Shown here piece after piece: positions 12,343 through 26,077 of a stretch of DNA of 64,000 nt. This DNA comes from Octopus bimaculoides. Its lineage: Eukaryota. Every line of letters begins with the position of its first letter. Position 1 is the first letter of the stretch. The position numbers and the translations under genes are program-made. Location of the stretch: the NCBI RefSeq assembly GCF_001194135.2, contig NC_068983.1:118835519-118899518 (forward strand), given 5' to 3'. The notes beneath the pieces are model-generated. The model was not told the DNA's origin, did not search any database, and saw nothing but the letters and a program-made list of their open reading frames with translations.

Positions 12343-14814
12343 TCCGATGAAATGTTTTTGAAGTTATTTCATTCTTACTCTCTCTATCTCTATATCTATC
12401 TCCCCCTCTCATTCTTCCCTCTACTGTTCTTCGCCTCTCCCTGTCACTACTATCTCTCTCTCTATCTCTCGCTGCTCGTCCTTCGCCTCTCACTGTTACT
12501 ACTACTATCTCTCTCCCTCTCTACCTCTCGCTGCTCATTTTCGTTCTTCGACTCCTCAAGCTCGCACGTACTTCTTTGCCCCTCCAGTTCGTGCCTCACA
12601 GCGTTCAATACATACACACTTCACGTCTGGCTGTACAGCCTTTTTGTTTGTTTATTTCACCGTTTCNNNNNNNNNNNNNNNNNNNNNNNNNNNNNNNNNN
12701 NNNNNNNNNNNNNNNNNNNNNNNNNNNNNNNNNNNNNNNNNNNNNNNNNNNNNNNNNNNNNNNNNNNNNNNNNNNNNNNNNNNNNNNNNNNNNNNNNNNN
12801 NNNNNNNNNNNNNNNNNNNNNNNNNNNNNNNNNNNNNNNNNNNNNNNNNNNNNNNNNNNNNNNNNNNNNNNNNNNNNNNNNNNNNNNNNNNNNNNNNNNN
12901 NNNNNNNNNNNNNNNNNNNNNNNNNNNNNNNNNNNNNNNNNNNNNNNNNNNNNNNNNNNNNNNNNNNNNNNNNNNNNNNNNNNNNNNNNNNNNNNNNNNN
13001 NNNNNNNNNNNNNNNNNNNNNNNNNNNNNNNNNNNNNNNNNNNNNNNNNNNNNNNNNNNNNNNNNNNNNNNNNNNNNNNNNNNNNNNNNNNNNNNNNNNN
13101 NNNNNNNNNNNNNNNNNNNNNNNNNNNNNNNNNNNNNNNNNNNNNNNNNNNNNNNNNNNNNNNNNNNNNNNNNNNNNNNNNNNNNNNNNNNNNNNNNNNN
13201 NNNNNNNNNNNNNNNNNNNNNNNNNNNATATCCCAGACACACCAAGACTTCACTTTTCAAGCCTTTAGCATTCCTTCAGGAATATTTCTAATTTTTATTC
13301 CCCACTTACCGATCAACACATAGCTGAACCTTTTATGACATTTTATTTTTCGTTAATTTGAAGGCGTCAAACGACACACCTCTGCCAAAGCTGATCCATG
13401 AAGTTTGGATTCTCCCCTCCTTTATCACTTCAGGAGTGATGAAAAGGTTAAATCAATCTCAGAAGAACTGGTACTTTTGAATCATAGACCTGGAAATGTT
13501 TACTAATATGTCTATACATTCCAGCTAACCTAGCTCTGAATTAACTCGGCCACACTATTCTGCGATAGAGAGTATGTAATTACCTTAAGATGTGTAGTTA
13601 AGCTTTATCATGATTAAAGGTGACTGCTGGGCGAGAGATAAATTTTATGGCATCTCCACCTAGTAAATTTATGAGTAGTAAAATCTGAATCTAGTGTGAA
13701 ATAATCATTCCGTAGTAACACAAAGAAGGCATAACCCAGAAATGTTTTCTTATGACACTCACATACACTACGTATATTAAAACATTTACACAGGTATAGG
13801 TTAACAAGGGTGTCCTCACACACACCGGAGAAAAATGCAGGCGTGTGCATGTATGTATGTATGCATGTATCTATGTATGCATGTATGTATGTATGTATTC
13901 AGAGTCGATCAAATTTAATATCGACTTAACTCATCACTAGATTTTTGGCCAATCTGACGACAATCACTTCTTCTGCTCCTTGGTGAATTAAATGCGGGCA
14001 TATTGGTTTTTAAATGGATGCGATATTTGATATATGTGGTTATGTTGTGTAGTCCCATGATAATCGTAATGGAGCAAACCTCTGATTAAATGTATTCCAG
14101 TTATAACCATCATGTATTTTTCCTATCTATAGGGAATCCCAGGTCACATTACGCAACGGTTCTTTTAAAAGAGTGTAGCTTGTAAACTGAAAAAGACTTG
14201 GATGCTATTTTTAATATAACTTTTTATCATGTACATGTCTCCCTCATTGCCTCACACACACACACGCACGCACGCNNNNNNNNNNNNNNNNNNNNNNNNN
14301 NNNNNNNNNNNNNNNNNNNNNNNNNNNNNNNNNNNNNNNNNNNNNNNNNNNNNNNNNNNNNNNNNNNNNNNNNNNNNNNNNNNNNNNNNNNNNNNNNNNN
14401 NNNNNNNNNNNNNNNNNNNNNNNNNNNNNNNNNNNNNNNNNNNNNNNNNNNNNNNNNNNNNNNNNNNNNNNNNNNNNNNNNNNNNNNNNNNNNNNNNNNN
14501 NNNNNNNNNNNNNNNNNNNNNNNNNNNNNNNNNNNNNNNNNNNNNNNNNNNNNNNNNNNNNNNNNNNNNNNNNNNNNNNNNNNNNNNNNNNNNNNNNNNN
14601 NNNNNNNNNNNNNNNNNNNNNNNNNNNNNNNNNNNNNNNNNNNNNNNNNNNNNNNNNNNNNNNNNNNNNNNNNNNNNNNNNNNNNNNNNNNNNNNNNNNN
14701 NNNNNNNNNNNNNNNNNNNNNNNNNNNNNNNNNNNNNNNNNNNNNNNNNNNNNNNNNNNNNNNNGATTGATTTTGCAGGCATGAAAATACTTTAACTACA
14801 CAATATATAAAACA

Positions 14815-15125
14815 GTGGAGGCGCAATGGTCCAGTGGTTAGGGCAGCAGACTCGCGGTTGGAGGATTGCGGTTTCGATTCCCAGACTTGGCGTTGCGTGT
14901 GTTTATTGAACGAAAACACCTAAAAAGCTCCACGAGGCTCCGGCAGTGGATGATGGCGACCCCTGAGGGGACTCTTTCGCCCCAACTTTCTCTAACTTTT
15001 TCTTCCTGTTTCTTGAGTAACGCTGCGATGGACTGGCGTCCCATCCAGCTGGTAGGGGGGACACATACGCCATAGAAACCGGGAAACTGGGCCCATGAGC
15101 CTGGCTAGGCTTGAAAAGGGCGCAT
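14815..15125 (+). mobile_element. tRNA-derived SINE family 3 head with an alternative 3' module
   Basis: Head GTGGAGGCGCAATGGTCCAGTGGTTAGGGCAGC...GGTTTCGATTCC as in the other family 3 copies. After ~15010 it switches to GCGATGGACTGGCGTCCCATCCAGCTGG...AAAAGGGCGCAT. Confidence 0.85.
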
Positions 15126-16464
15126 AAAACATAAAAGAATATATGAAACAATGATGTGCACATCTATTTTTTTTGATATGTTCCGACAGATTCAAACGCA
15201 GAAATGCTAGTCTCTGTTGTGTAAATCACTGAGAAGTTGTACCTTTTACACCGACAGTGTGCTCATAACACATTGGCTAACAGAAGCACTATACGGTGAT
15301 TTTAGGTTAGATAGATGAAAAATAGTTTAGTAACGTATTCAAACGTAACCAATTTGGTTAGACAGTTGGGTTATTCTCCCTGTGATCTCAAAAAGATTTT
15401 CATCTGAATACATATAGCATTTACCAGCCTCTTATCAGAGATCTGTTATTTCTTCTGTCCACAAAGGTAATATTAACTCATGCTTATAGTGTACACTGAC
15501 TCGAGCAGAACTAAATTGACTTGCCTATTTAGCATAATAGTACAAACATTTGTAAGGTGAACTAATTAATGGAAGAACAATACGCTTCAGGATAATTAGA
15601 ATTGTAAGATAAGACTTTGAAATATATACTTTTAGTAGATACAGATCTGGAGAGAGATAAGACCCACCAGGTGTAAGTACACCCACAAAGGCCATAGATA
15701 CTATCTCTTCCTCCAGACACAAAACAAGACTATTGTAATGTGCGTTCTTTTTCTAGTCAAATTAGCGGTAAAAGGTATATAAATAGGTATTATATTCGCA
15801 TAACTGTTGCAGCTCGTAGATGGTTCCTCAACATGTACAATATATTATTTTATAATAACATCCTAAAATTTTACGGGTTAAATTAAAATGTTGGAAATTG
15901 AATTTTTTCCCAAAGGTATTTTTGGAACGTTAATAAGAGAAAACGACAGCTTCAGACCGAAATCAGATCGCATATTCTACTCACTGGAAAAAGATAAACC
16001 TTATATTCCATTGAGACATACGAAAATCAGTTGAAGAGGCTGTTTTACGTAGTCTATTTAAGGAGAGTCAGTTTAGAGGGAGCCTTCTACCCACCATCAG
16101 CGATACAAAGGTCTGATTTCGAACGCTGCACTGTTACAAGCATCAGTTATCGAATGTTATTATAGTATTTGTGGCACTGTGGCTGCTAAAATGTTGTTGC
16201 TGTAGTTGTTGTAGTCAGGCCTCGAATGCAACGTTGCACGCAACAATAGTGTCACTACCGCTTACCGCAGCAACTGCCTTTCTTTTAATAAGAATAAATA
16301 TCGAAACATTAGAATATACAGAAATATATACAAAACAATATGGAAAGATAAAGGTAATCCGAGTTTGGAAAAGAAATATTTTGTAAGTAAATGGGTTTGT
16401 TTGTTACAACTGGCAAACGTGATGAAAATGGAGAAGTTCCTTTTGTACCTCAATAGTCCTGTGA

Positions 16465-16880
16465 GTGGAGGCGCAATGGCCCAGTGGTTAGGGCAGCGGA
16501 CTCGCGGTCATAGGATCGCGGTTTCGATTCCCAGACNNNNNNNNNNTCATAGGATCGCGGTTTCGATTCCCAGACCGGGCGTTGTGAGTGTTTATTGAAC
16601 GAAAACACCTAAAGCTCCATGAGGCCCATCCGGCAGGGGATGGTGACGAACCCTGCTGTACTCTTTCACCACAACTTTCTCTCACTCTTACTTCTTGTTT
16701 CTGTTGTGCCTGTAATTCAAAGGGTCAGCATTGTCACGCTGAATACCCCCGAGAACTACGTTAAGGGTACACGTGTGTGTGGAGTGCTCAGCCACTTGCA
16801 CGTTAATTTCACGAGCAGGCTGTTCCGTTGATCGGATCAACTGGAACGCTCGACGTCGTAAGCGACGGAGTGCCAACAAC
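16465..16880 (+). mobile_element. tRNA-derived SINE family 3 (~400 bp)
   Basis: A-box TGGCCCAGTGG and B-box-like GGTTTCGATTCC. Tail GTTGATCGGATCAACTGGAAC...GACGGAGTGCC followed by AACAAC. Contains a small internal gap or mis-assembly duplication at ~16537-16575. Confidence 0.9.
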
Positions 16881-17494
16881 AGCCTTGTGATCGGCGGGAC
16901 ATCTTAGGCGAGTGTTTGTCTTTCAAGGGTTTTCTATCGATCCAAGCCTTGTGCGTGAAACTACACAGACGGAAGCATGGAACCCTACCAGATGGAATAC
17001 ATTTGCAATTCAAAGCACCAGTCTTATCATTGTATCAAGCTAGTTCTGATTGGGATTACTCAAAGCAGTGATTCTCAACAATTTTTTACGCATGAACCTC
17101 TTTGATTCCTACTTAAACTCGAATATATTCTCCTAGCCATTTGATGTTTAAAAAATTATATTTTTGTGATTAAATATTATTAGGAATTTAATTTTAAAAA
17201 TTGTGAAAATATTTTGTGTATTGTTAAAGTATATCTAACTTATTGCACAAATTTTAACAGCAAATTCTCAGACTCCCAAAGGCCATATAGACCCCAGTTG
17301 AGAACTACTGACCTACAGGCTATAATTATCTGTAGAATACTCAACCACTTTCACTATAATTCACTCAACTGACAGTTCAGTTGACCAAACAACTGGAATA
17401 ATTATTGTAGAACTTGACAGAGACCCATTGTGAGACTGGGTTTCTATTCTAGTGACGTTTATTTGCTGTTTCAATAAAAACCCTCGCAAATTAT

Positions 17495-17765
17495 TCTTTC
17501 ACTCTTTTACTTGTTTCTGTAACTTTTACTGCGGCCATGGTGGAGCACCGCCTTAAAGAGTTTTAGTTGAAGAAATCGACCCCAAGGCTTACTTTTGCAG
17601 GCCTAGTATTATTCTACTAGTCTCTTTTATCGAACCGCTAAGTTCGGGGACACAACCACACTAACATCGGTTGTCAAGCGATGGCAGGGTAAGAAACACA
17701 CGGGACTGAACCCAGAACCATGTGGTTGTGAAACAAGCGTCTTACCACACAGGAACGCTTGCGCC
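17495..17765 (-). mobile_element. tRNA-derived SINE family 2, internally deleted
   Basis: Homologous to the full copy at 57397-57898 (ACTCTTTTACTTGTTTC tail, GGAGCACCGCC, CCATGTGGTTG head). Confidence 0.85.
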
Positions 17766-18231
17766 TTAACTAGTTACTATTTGTTTAGCTTTGTTTTTCT
17801 TTTTCATCATAACTATATCGTTTATTGGCAAAAGTCTTAGTTAATTTCAATTTCGAGATATGTTCTACTTGCTAGTAACTATAAAGGGATATCAAATTAT
17901 TAATGTTTTTTATTTTATGATTTTATTGTCAGTTGAATATTTCAGGAATCGTTTAAACTCCGAATATTTTAAATATTTAATTCAGTAACATTTGAAAAAG
18001 GAATAGCATAAAAAGTTTCCTAAATATGGGTGCTTCTATAGTTTCGTGTTAGTGACAGTATTTGTTGAAATCGTACGCTGGTGTTCGTAAGTTTATTGAA
18101 GTTCATGCCATAAAAATACATTTTAGTGAGTATGGCAAACTATTATATATACATATATATATAAACTCATAAAGTATATATTGCTCCGTTTCTTTCACTG
18201 CAAGGAGCTGTAACTAGATATCGTCGTCGTA

Positions 18232-18591
18232 ACACTCCGTCGGTTACGACGACGAGGGTTCCAGTTGATCCGATCAACGAAACAGCCTGCTCGTGAAATT
18301 AACGTGTAAGTGGCTGAGCACTCCACAGATACGTGTACCTTTAACGTAGTTCTCTGGGAGATTCAGCGTGACAAAGCTGGCCCCTTTGAAATGCAGGTAC
18401 AACAGAGACAAAGAGTGAGAGAAAGTTGTGGTGAGAGTACAGCAGGGTTCGCCACCACCCGCTGCCGGAGCCTCGTGGAACTTTAGGTGTTTTCGCTCAA
18501 TAAACACTCACAAAGCCCGGTCTGGGAATCGAAACCGCGACCCCACGACTGCAAGTCTGGTGCCCTAACTACTGGGCCATTGCGCCTCCAC
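18232..18591 (-). mobile_element. SINE family 3
   Basis: Reverse complement of the 16465-16880 copy along its length. Confidence 0.9.
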
Positions 18592-18762
18592 AGCCAGACA
18601 TAGTAACTATTTGTAGATAGGTGATTTGAACCTGGGAAACGCACATGTCTCAGTCTCAAAGATAATATGATAGCACGAATAAATAATCGTTTGAAGACAT
18701 GAAAAATAACGCTGAATAAGAAAGAAGTGAAAAAATAATTATTAATTTCAAATTTTAGCACA

Positions 18763-18905
18763 AGGCCAGCAATTACGGGTATGGGTGCAAGTCGATTAGG
18801 GGCAAAAGGGCAAAAGCAACGTCGGTACAATTTGAACTAAGAATGTAAAGATGGAAGAAATGACGCAAAGCGTTTTGTCCGGCGTGCTAACGATTCTATC
18901 ACCTC
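18763..18905 (-). mobile_element. SINE family 1, degraded
   Basis: GCACAAGGCC...TTTGAACT...TGTCCGGCGTGCTAACGATTCT. Confidence 0.7.
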
Positions 18906-21685
18906 GTTGGCTTGAATGAAATAATAAATACTAGCAGGGCCTGCAAAAATTCCACAGTGTATGCCAGCATATTTGAAAACATTATGTTGTTATATTAAAC
19001 ACAAGCAAAGAATTGCAAAAAAAAATCTTTTGAAATGTTGCCATTTAATCAAAACGGAACGTTCAAATATATTCGAAATAAACTTGGAGGTATTGCTTAT
19101 TTTACTTCCTTTAATATGCTTGATAGATTCGTACTTTATAGTTTAAGGAAATAAAAGATGAATTAAAATAATAAAGCTTATTCGTATGTATATAAAAAAA
19201 AAACACCTTTCGCTGCCCAACCACCACCAAGTCTCAGTCAATGTTATTTACCAATTGATATTATTTTCATTTTTGTCTTCATTTCCGTACAGTTCATCAA
19301 TATATCTACTTGTATATCTATCAATATATCTGTCTATCAGCATATCTATTGATATAATGGACAGAAGAACGAGAAGGACACCAAAAGAGAAACAAAATTA
19401 CAGATAATAAAACCAGATTGATAAATAGAGAAATGAAATAGTGTTGTAATGTTTTAATACCTTTGTGCTTAGTGAAAGGAAGATTTAGTGCTGAGGTAAA
19501 ATTCGTTGATGAATTGAATTTTGTTTCTAGTTTGTAGCCATTTTCATTTCAGTTACGGCGTTAATTATCTGTTAGAGACGTATGTGTCTAAACGTCACAA
19601 TCATGGGCGGAAATGCCATTGTTTGGTTGAGAAATTCACTACGCAACAGTGTGATTCCGATTTCTCTCCGTGTGTGCGATACTTTAGGTAAAGACTCTTC
19701 TACCGTGACCTCGGGTTGATCAAAAGCATGTGAATGAAATATGGGATATGGAAACTGTGTATCGACATGGGATGGGAATCAATCGGTACAGCAAACGAAA
19801 ATATCTCGTACTATTTGGATCTGAATTGGTTAGTTCACTTCATGCCTGGTTGACTTTGCTTTTTCTCCTCTTGTGAGGACAATGAAATAAATATCAGACA
19901 AAATACTGGAATCTATATAACTGACTAAAACCCTTAAAAGCTGCAGTTCAATGACGATTGAAACATGTAAAAGATTAAGAGAGTAATATTGATACCTCTG
20001 TGGAATTCCATAATTTGGATGCGACCAGAAGTCTGCACTGAGAAACTTCGTGCAATACAATATAACATCATAGCAAACCACGTAACAGTATGTGTAACTG
20101 AAGAGATAGAAATATAAAGAGGACTACACAATAGAGAGTTTTGAATTGAGGTCCCCAAAGTACCTGATTAATCGCTATCAGAATATGCTGTCTGCTATAG
20201 GCTTTCACTAATAGAGGCAAGCACCCATGGAAACGGTTTCTAGGAAAGAAGCCACCATGTTAACTAATCTTTATTTCGTGTGTTAGTCGCTTCGAATTCC
20301 TCACCCAAATCACAAGCAATAAGCTGTGTGCAAGCTGGCAAATCTCTTGAGATTTGATTTAATCTCAGCCCTTTGGCCCTGAATGAACTAATACACAAAT
20401 ACGCAGACTGAAAAAGAGTTACAGCTGACATTATAATAATATAGGTTACTATTACACCTCTACAGTTAAAAAGTGGGTGAGCCCTTTCAATAAAATTCCC
20501 ATTGCAAAAGTGATATGGAAGATTGCAAACGTCTTCATTCATTTGAACTATATCATAGAGGGGTGGATTGATAACGATAAAGTATCACCTTTAGATTTCA
20601 AACGCCTGCGCGTTATTTTTAGACGTGTTAGAGAATTACTAAAATAACCTAATCTTGGCGAACTAAGTTGGATGTTTTCGATGAATGATGAGAAAAACGA
20701 TGAAAAAATTATTTTTTTCTAAAATATGTTATAAGTTAAAATTAAAATTGCACTATATTTTTGCATATGCAAGTGTGTACAAAGTGTTTATATATGTGCA
20801 TGTGCTTTCATGTATGTGTACGTGTATGAGATAGTATATATTTGTGTATGGCACATACATAGCGAATGATGAAGTTCGCTTCGCAGTTATCTGGTCCCAT
20901 GTTCGAACACATTGTACGTTTTCATGGGCGAGTGCTTTCTCAGTCATAGTCTAACCAAAGGTTTGTGAACTAAATTAGACTATGTCCATTATTACAATAG
21001 ATATGCTGATAGAAAAATGCTCGTCGGATTGTTCTTCTCGAGGGCATAGTCCTCGCTGATTCTGCTTGAGAATTACATACCTCTAGAATACTCAGTCATA
21101 TTCAATGTATTACAATGAGCAGGTAGTACAGTTAATTGAATAACTTGAATACTCACTATAGATTGTGACAATAGAATCATTTATTTTTTAGACACTATGC
21201 GTACAGAGTGCCGTGATATTGCGATAAACACTTTTCTTCGAGTTCGGGACCCGTATTTTTATCTGCTTGACATTCGACGTCAAAACCCTTGGACGTTATG
21301 TCTTCCACTTTTCTTTTTACTCTAAATCTTATACTTCAGGGTTAATTATCATCGTATGAAAATTTAGGTAGAGTTTTTAAGTGCTACTATTTACAAACAC
21401 ATACTCATACACGCTAACATACATCTACACGCACATAAATACACACGCACATACACGTATGCACATGCATACACGTACTCATACACACATAAATGCACAC
21501 TAAATGAAAATTGACCCTAACATTTTAGTAGATATGCTGGTTAGATCACAGCTTGTGAATGTCAGTATTTAGGTCATTGGTGTCGAAAGATATATGGATC
21601 GGGATACATTGATATGAATTCAATTCAATAAAACTAGCCACTAGTTTTATTAGTCGCCACAGGATAGAAACATATACGAACTTAG

Positions 21686-21726
<41 letters not shown>

Positions 21727-22310
21727 TCGTTAGTTTGTATGCAGGTGTGTATACGTGCACGTGTGTTACTATATGTGTGATATGAACCTTATTTATATAT
21801 CGTGCATATATTAACTAATAAAAATAAATGACACAATATTGTCAAAATTGTCCAAGGTAGTCATAGTCCAGATGTACACACTTCTTAGCTATCATTTCGT
21901 CGGCCACAGATAGCGTAATGTTTTCGAAGAAAATCTTTTAGGTTATCAGATTGCCCTATCTTATCCTACCATGTGGATACCCGAGTAAGATATACGACTA
22001 CTCCTGCTGTTGTGGTAGATTATTTTAGATCATGTTCTTTGCGAACAAGTAAAAACAAAATGTATTTTCAATTTCTCTAGTGAGCGTCTTTCGTTTCAGT
22101 TAGTTATGTAAGTAAAAGAAAAAAAGATTAAAGCAGTAGCCTTTCTATAATTATATATATCTTCAGTGAATGTGTGGAAAAATCTGTCACATACATTATG
22201 GAACACTTCTGATATTAATTACTTGATTGGTCAAAGATTATACTAATAATTTACGGATTTATTATGAACTTTCTTAACTTAGTTACTTTGTATATATTAT
22301 TTACGTCACA

Positions 22311-22970
22311 AAGGCGGTGAGCTGGCAAAAACGTTAGCACGCCGGGCGAAATGCTTAGTGGTATTTCATCCGTCTTTACGTTCTGAGTTCAAATTTCGCC
22401 GAGGTCAACTTTGCCTTTCTTTCTTTCGGGGTCGATTAAATAAGTACCGGTTTCGCACTGGGGTCGATGTAATCGACTTAATCTGTTTGTCTGTCCTTGT
22501 TTGTCCCCTCTATGTTTAGCCCCTTGTGGGCAATAAAGAAATAAGAAACGTCAACACACCGGGCGAAATGCTTAGTGGCATTTCATCCGTCTTCGTGTTC
22601 TGAGTTCAAATTCCGCCGTGGTCGACTTTGCCTTTCATCCTTTCACGGTCGATGAAATAAGTATCAGTTGTGCACTGGGATCGATCTAATCGACCTATCC
22701 CCACCCCCGAAATTGCCGGCTTTGTGCCAAAATTTGAGATCATTTACGTCTCAAAAGTAGCGAGCTGGCAGAGCTTTTAGCACGCCGGTCAAAATGCTTA
22801 GCAGTATTTCTTTCGGTTTCACATTCTGAGTTCAAATCCCGGCGAGGTCAACTTTTCCTTTCATTCTTTCGGAATTGATGAAATGAAGTACCAGTCAAGT
22901 TCTGGAGTCAATGTAAGCAACTAACGCCCTCCTCCTGAAATCGATGGATTTGTGACAAAACTTGAAACCG
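22311..22970 (+). mobile_element. SINE family 1 dimer plus a third adjacent copy
   Basis: Unit 1 (22311-22545) has a different tail. Unit 2 (~22547-22740) lacks the first ~20 nt. ATTTACGTC(A/T)CA occurs at ~22299 and ~22742. The third head is at ~22755. Confidence 0.85.
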
Positions 22971-23325
22971 TCATGTAGATTTTATGCATCTTTACTACTT
23001 TTTTCTTCTCAATTATCTTCGTATCACAGTTTCAAGGATGTCTGAATCTTCCACCCAGAAAGCATTCTGCAAAGTTATCTTAACAATCTAAAAGGTCAAT
23101 TAAATAAAATACTAGTGAAGTACTGTGTGGTCGATGGTATCAACTATACACTCTCTTCAAATTAACTAGTCTCGCGCCTAAATCAAAAACACTTATGATA
23201 TATTAAGGTTGAAAATAGCAACTGATTTGAAACTTGAAGCAAAAGAAATAATGCAAAGGTAACATCATCAAGTGATGTAGAAGAGAAGATATTCTACATG
23301 ATCTTCTCAGCATAAAACCAAATCA

Positions 23326-23439
<114 letters not shown>

Positions 23440-23440
23440 C

Positions 23441-23823
23441 TGTGACAATTATTCGGTAGCCATGATAAAACTCCGAGTTTCGGATGTCGGGGCGGACACC
23501 CACGCCGCCATCTCTTCAGTTATCTGGCCATCGAAAAAATTCTATGAAAATGACCGTTAAACGAAGGGAAATTACTGTGTGGGGTACGCATGTGTATGTA
23601 TGTACTTGTGCGCTTACGCGAATACTATGAACATTTTTACTCCCTTACCTTTACTCCTTCCCCTCACATAGCGGTCATTCTAATAGCTCTTTTGTCTTAA
23701 TAACGGTCAATCATACAGGAATTTCCCTTTGTTTAACCGTCATTTTCATAGCATTTTTTCGATGGCCAGATAACTGAAGAAATGGCAGCGTGGGTTTCCG
23801 CCCCGACATCCGACATTGTCACA
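23441..23823. mobile_element. MITE / fold-back element with ~95-bp inverted arms
   Basis: 23480-23573 is the near-perfect reverse complement of 23720-23813. Outer TGTGACAAT (23441) pairs with ATTGTCACA (to 23823). Non-coding ~145-bp core; TA-rich flanks. Confidence 0.85.
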
Positions 23824-23920
23824 TATTATTTACAGATAAATTCCTCTATTTACATAATATCGAGGTCTCTTTCTTTCTTTTGTTGTCTTACCCTTTCTAT
23901 CAATATATATATATATTATA

Positions 23921-24158
23921 GGCGTAGGAGTGGCTGTGTGGTAAGTAGCTTGCTTACTAACCACATGGTTCCGGGTTCAGTCCCACTACGTGGCACCTTG
24001 GGCAAGTGTCTTCTACTATAGCCTCGGGCCGACCAAAGCCTTGTGAGTGGATTTGGTAGACGGAAACTGAAAGAAGTCCGTCGTATATATGTGTATATAT
24101 GTATGTGTGTGTATATGTTTGCGTGTCTGTGTTTGTCCCCCCAACATCGCTTGACAAC
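23921..24158 (+). mobile_element. SINE family 2 (3' part lost in gap)
   Basis: GGCGTAGGAGTGGCTGTGTGGTAAG...GGGTTCAGTCCC...CACCTTGGGCAAGTG...GGTAGACGGAAACTG, then an internal TA/TG tract. Confidence 0.92.
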
Positions 24159-24797
24159 NNNNNNNNNNNNNNNNNNNNNNNNNNNNNNNNNNNNNNNNNN
24201 NNNNNNNNNNNNNNNNNNNNNNNNNNNNNNNNNNNNNNNNNNNNNNNNNNNNNNNNNNNNNNNNNNNNNNNNNNNNNNNNNNNNNNNNNNNNNNNNNNNN
24301 NNNNNNNNNNNNNNNNNNNNNNNNNNNNNNNNNNNNNNNNNNNNNNNNNNNNNNNNNNNNNNNNNNNNNNNNNNNNNNNNNNNNNNNNNNNNNNNNNNNN
24401 NNNNNNNNNNNNNNNNNNNNNNNNNNNNNNNNNNNNNNNNNNNNNNNNNNNNNNNNNNNNNNNNNNNNNNNNNNNNNNNNNNNNNNNNNNNNNNNNNNNN
24501 NNNNNNNNNNNNNNNNNNNNNNNNNNNNNNNNNNNNNNNNNNNNNNNNNNNNNNNNNNNNNNNNNNNNNNNNNNNNNNNNNNNNNNNNNNNNNNNNNNNN
24601 NNNNNNNNNNNNNNNNNNNNNNNNNNNNNNNNNNNNNNNNNNNNNNNNNNNNNNNNNNNNNNNNNNNNNNNNNNNNNNNNNNNNNNNNNNNNNNNNNNNN
24701 NNNNNNNNNNNNNNNNTTTGTGTACATTTAAACTTAATAAAATATTATTTTACAGAATAATAGAATTAAAATTTCTTTGATTAAAACCTTTTCTAAC

Positions 24798-25325
24798 ATG
24801 GAAATATCCAAAGAGCATTTGAGGCACATAATGCTTTATGAGTACAAAAAAGGAAACTCTGCAGCCGAAGCGACTCGAAACATACACTCAGTTTATGGGA
24901 AAGAATGCTTGAATGAAAGAACTTGCAGAAGATGGTTTGCAAAATTCAGAAGTGGAGATTTCAGCCTCGCAGATGAAGATTGAGTTTGATGATAAGCTCC
25001 TTGAGGCATTACTTGATGAAAATCCTGCATTATCAATTGAAGAATTGTCAATAAAACTTAGTTCAAACCATAAAGCTTAGTTCATCATCATCTTCAACAA
25101 CTTGGAAAGGTTCCTAAACTTGGAAAATGGGTGCCTCATGAATTGTCCAAAAGCAACCGCAAATCCAGAGTTGACATCTGTTCTCTCCATTCTCGCGAAC
25201 TCATTTCGCTCTTTTTGGATAGACTTGTGACAGGTGACGGAAAATGGATCTTCTATTGAAATGTTAAACGTCGTAAACAGTGGCTTAGTAAAAGGGAAAA
25301 GGCTCAACCTTATTCGAAGACTACA
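24798..25325 (+). mobile_element. Mariner transposase pseudogene, N-terminal half
   Basis: MEISKEHLRHIMLYEYKKGNSAAEATRNIHSVYG...RRWFAKFRSGDFSL (HTH), then LGKWVPHEL and DRLVTGDGKWIFY (first catalytic D region). Truncated afterwards; the 5' TIR is probably in the gap. Confidence 0.92.
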
Positions 25326-26024
25326 GATCCAATCCATCACTGGAACTGTAAAAAAACTGTAAAACTTTCCAGAAGTTTATCACTTAAATATATATGAGCA
25401 TGTCTAGATATGCAACTATATGCAGGAGAATACATACATAAAACATACAAATTTGCACATACATACATACATACATACATACATACATACATACATACAT
25501 CAAACAAACAGAAGTACCCTGTTGTTGATGATGAAATTCCAATGAAGGAGCCTTTTATCTACGTTAGAAACCATTGGCAAGAAATCTTGAAATGAACTGG
25601 ATTATGACATGCATACATATACACACTGTTGTAGAAGTGAACTGCCCAGCGGATGTGAATGTACAATCAAAAGTTTAGGAAAAAGATTACATTTATGGTG
25701 AGTTAACGTTTGAACTTACAGCTCTTGTACCCTGAACATATATTCTCATTTGTACCTGTTATCATAAGTGCGTTGGGTTATATACCAACAAATTTGCACA
25801 GAAACCTAGAAATAATCGATTTCATGGAGAAAGTTCAAAAGAAACTGACGCGGAGTCTTGGGTGAATGCATCGACTGTTTAACCAACACACCAACTCAAC
25901 CACATGTTTACAAACACCAGATACTCTCTTAACTCAAAAAGTCTTGTCACATTTTTAGCGACCGGTTTAAACTCTCTCAAGAATTCAAATAGAACTCAAA
26001 GAAAACTCATACATACATACACAA

Positions 26025-26077
<53 letters not shown>

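Noticed and set aside
20264-20542. Minus-strand ORF with a possible 74-bp exon (AKGLRLNQISRDLPACTQLIACDL)
   Set aside because: Splice signals are only moderate and there is no recognisable homology or partner exon, so I cannot support it.
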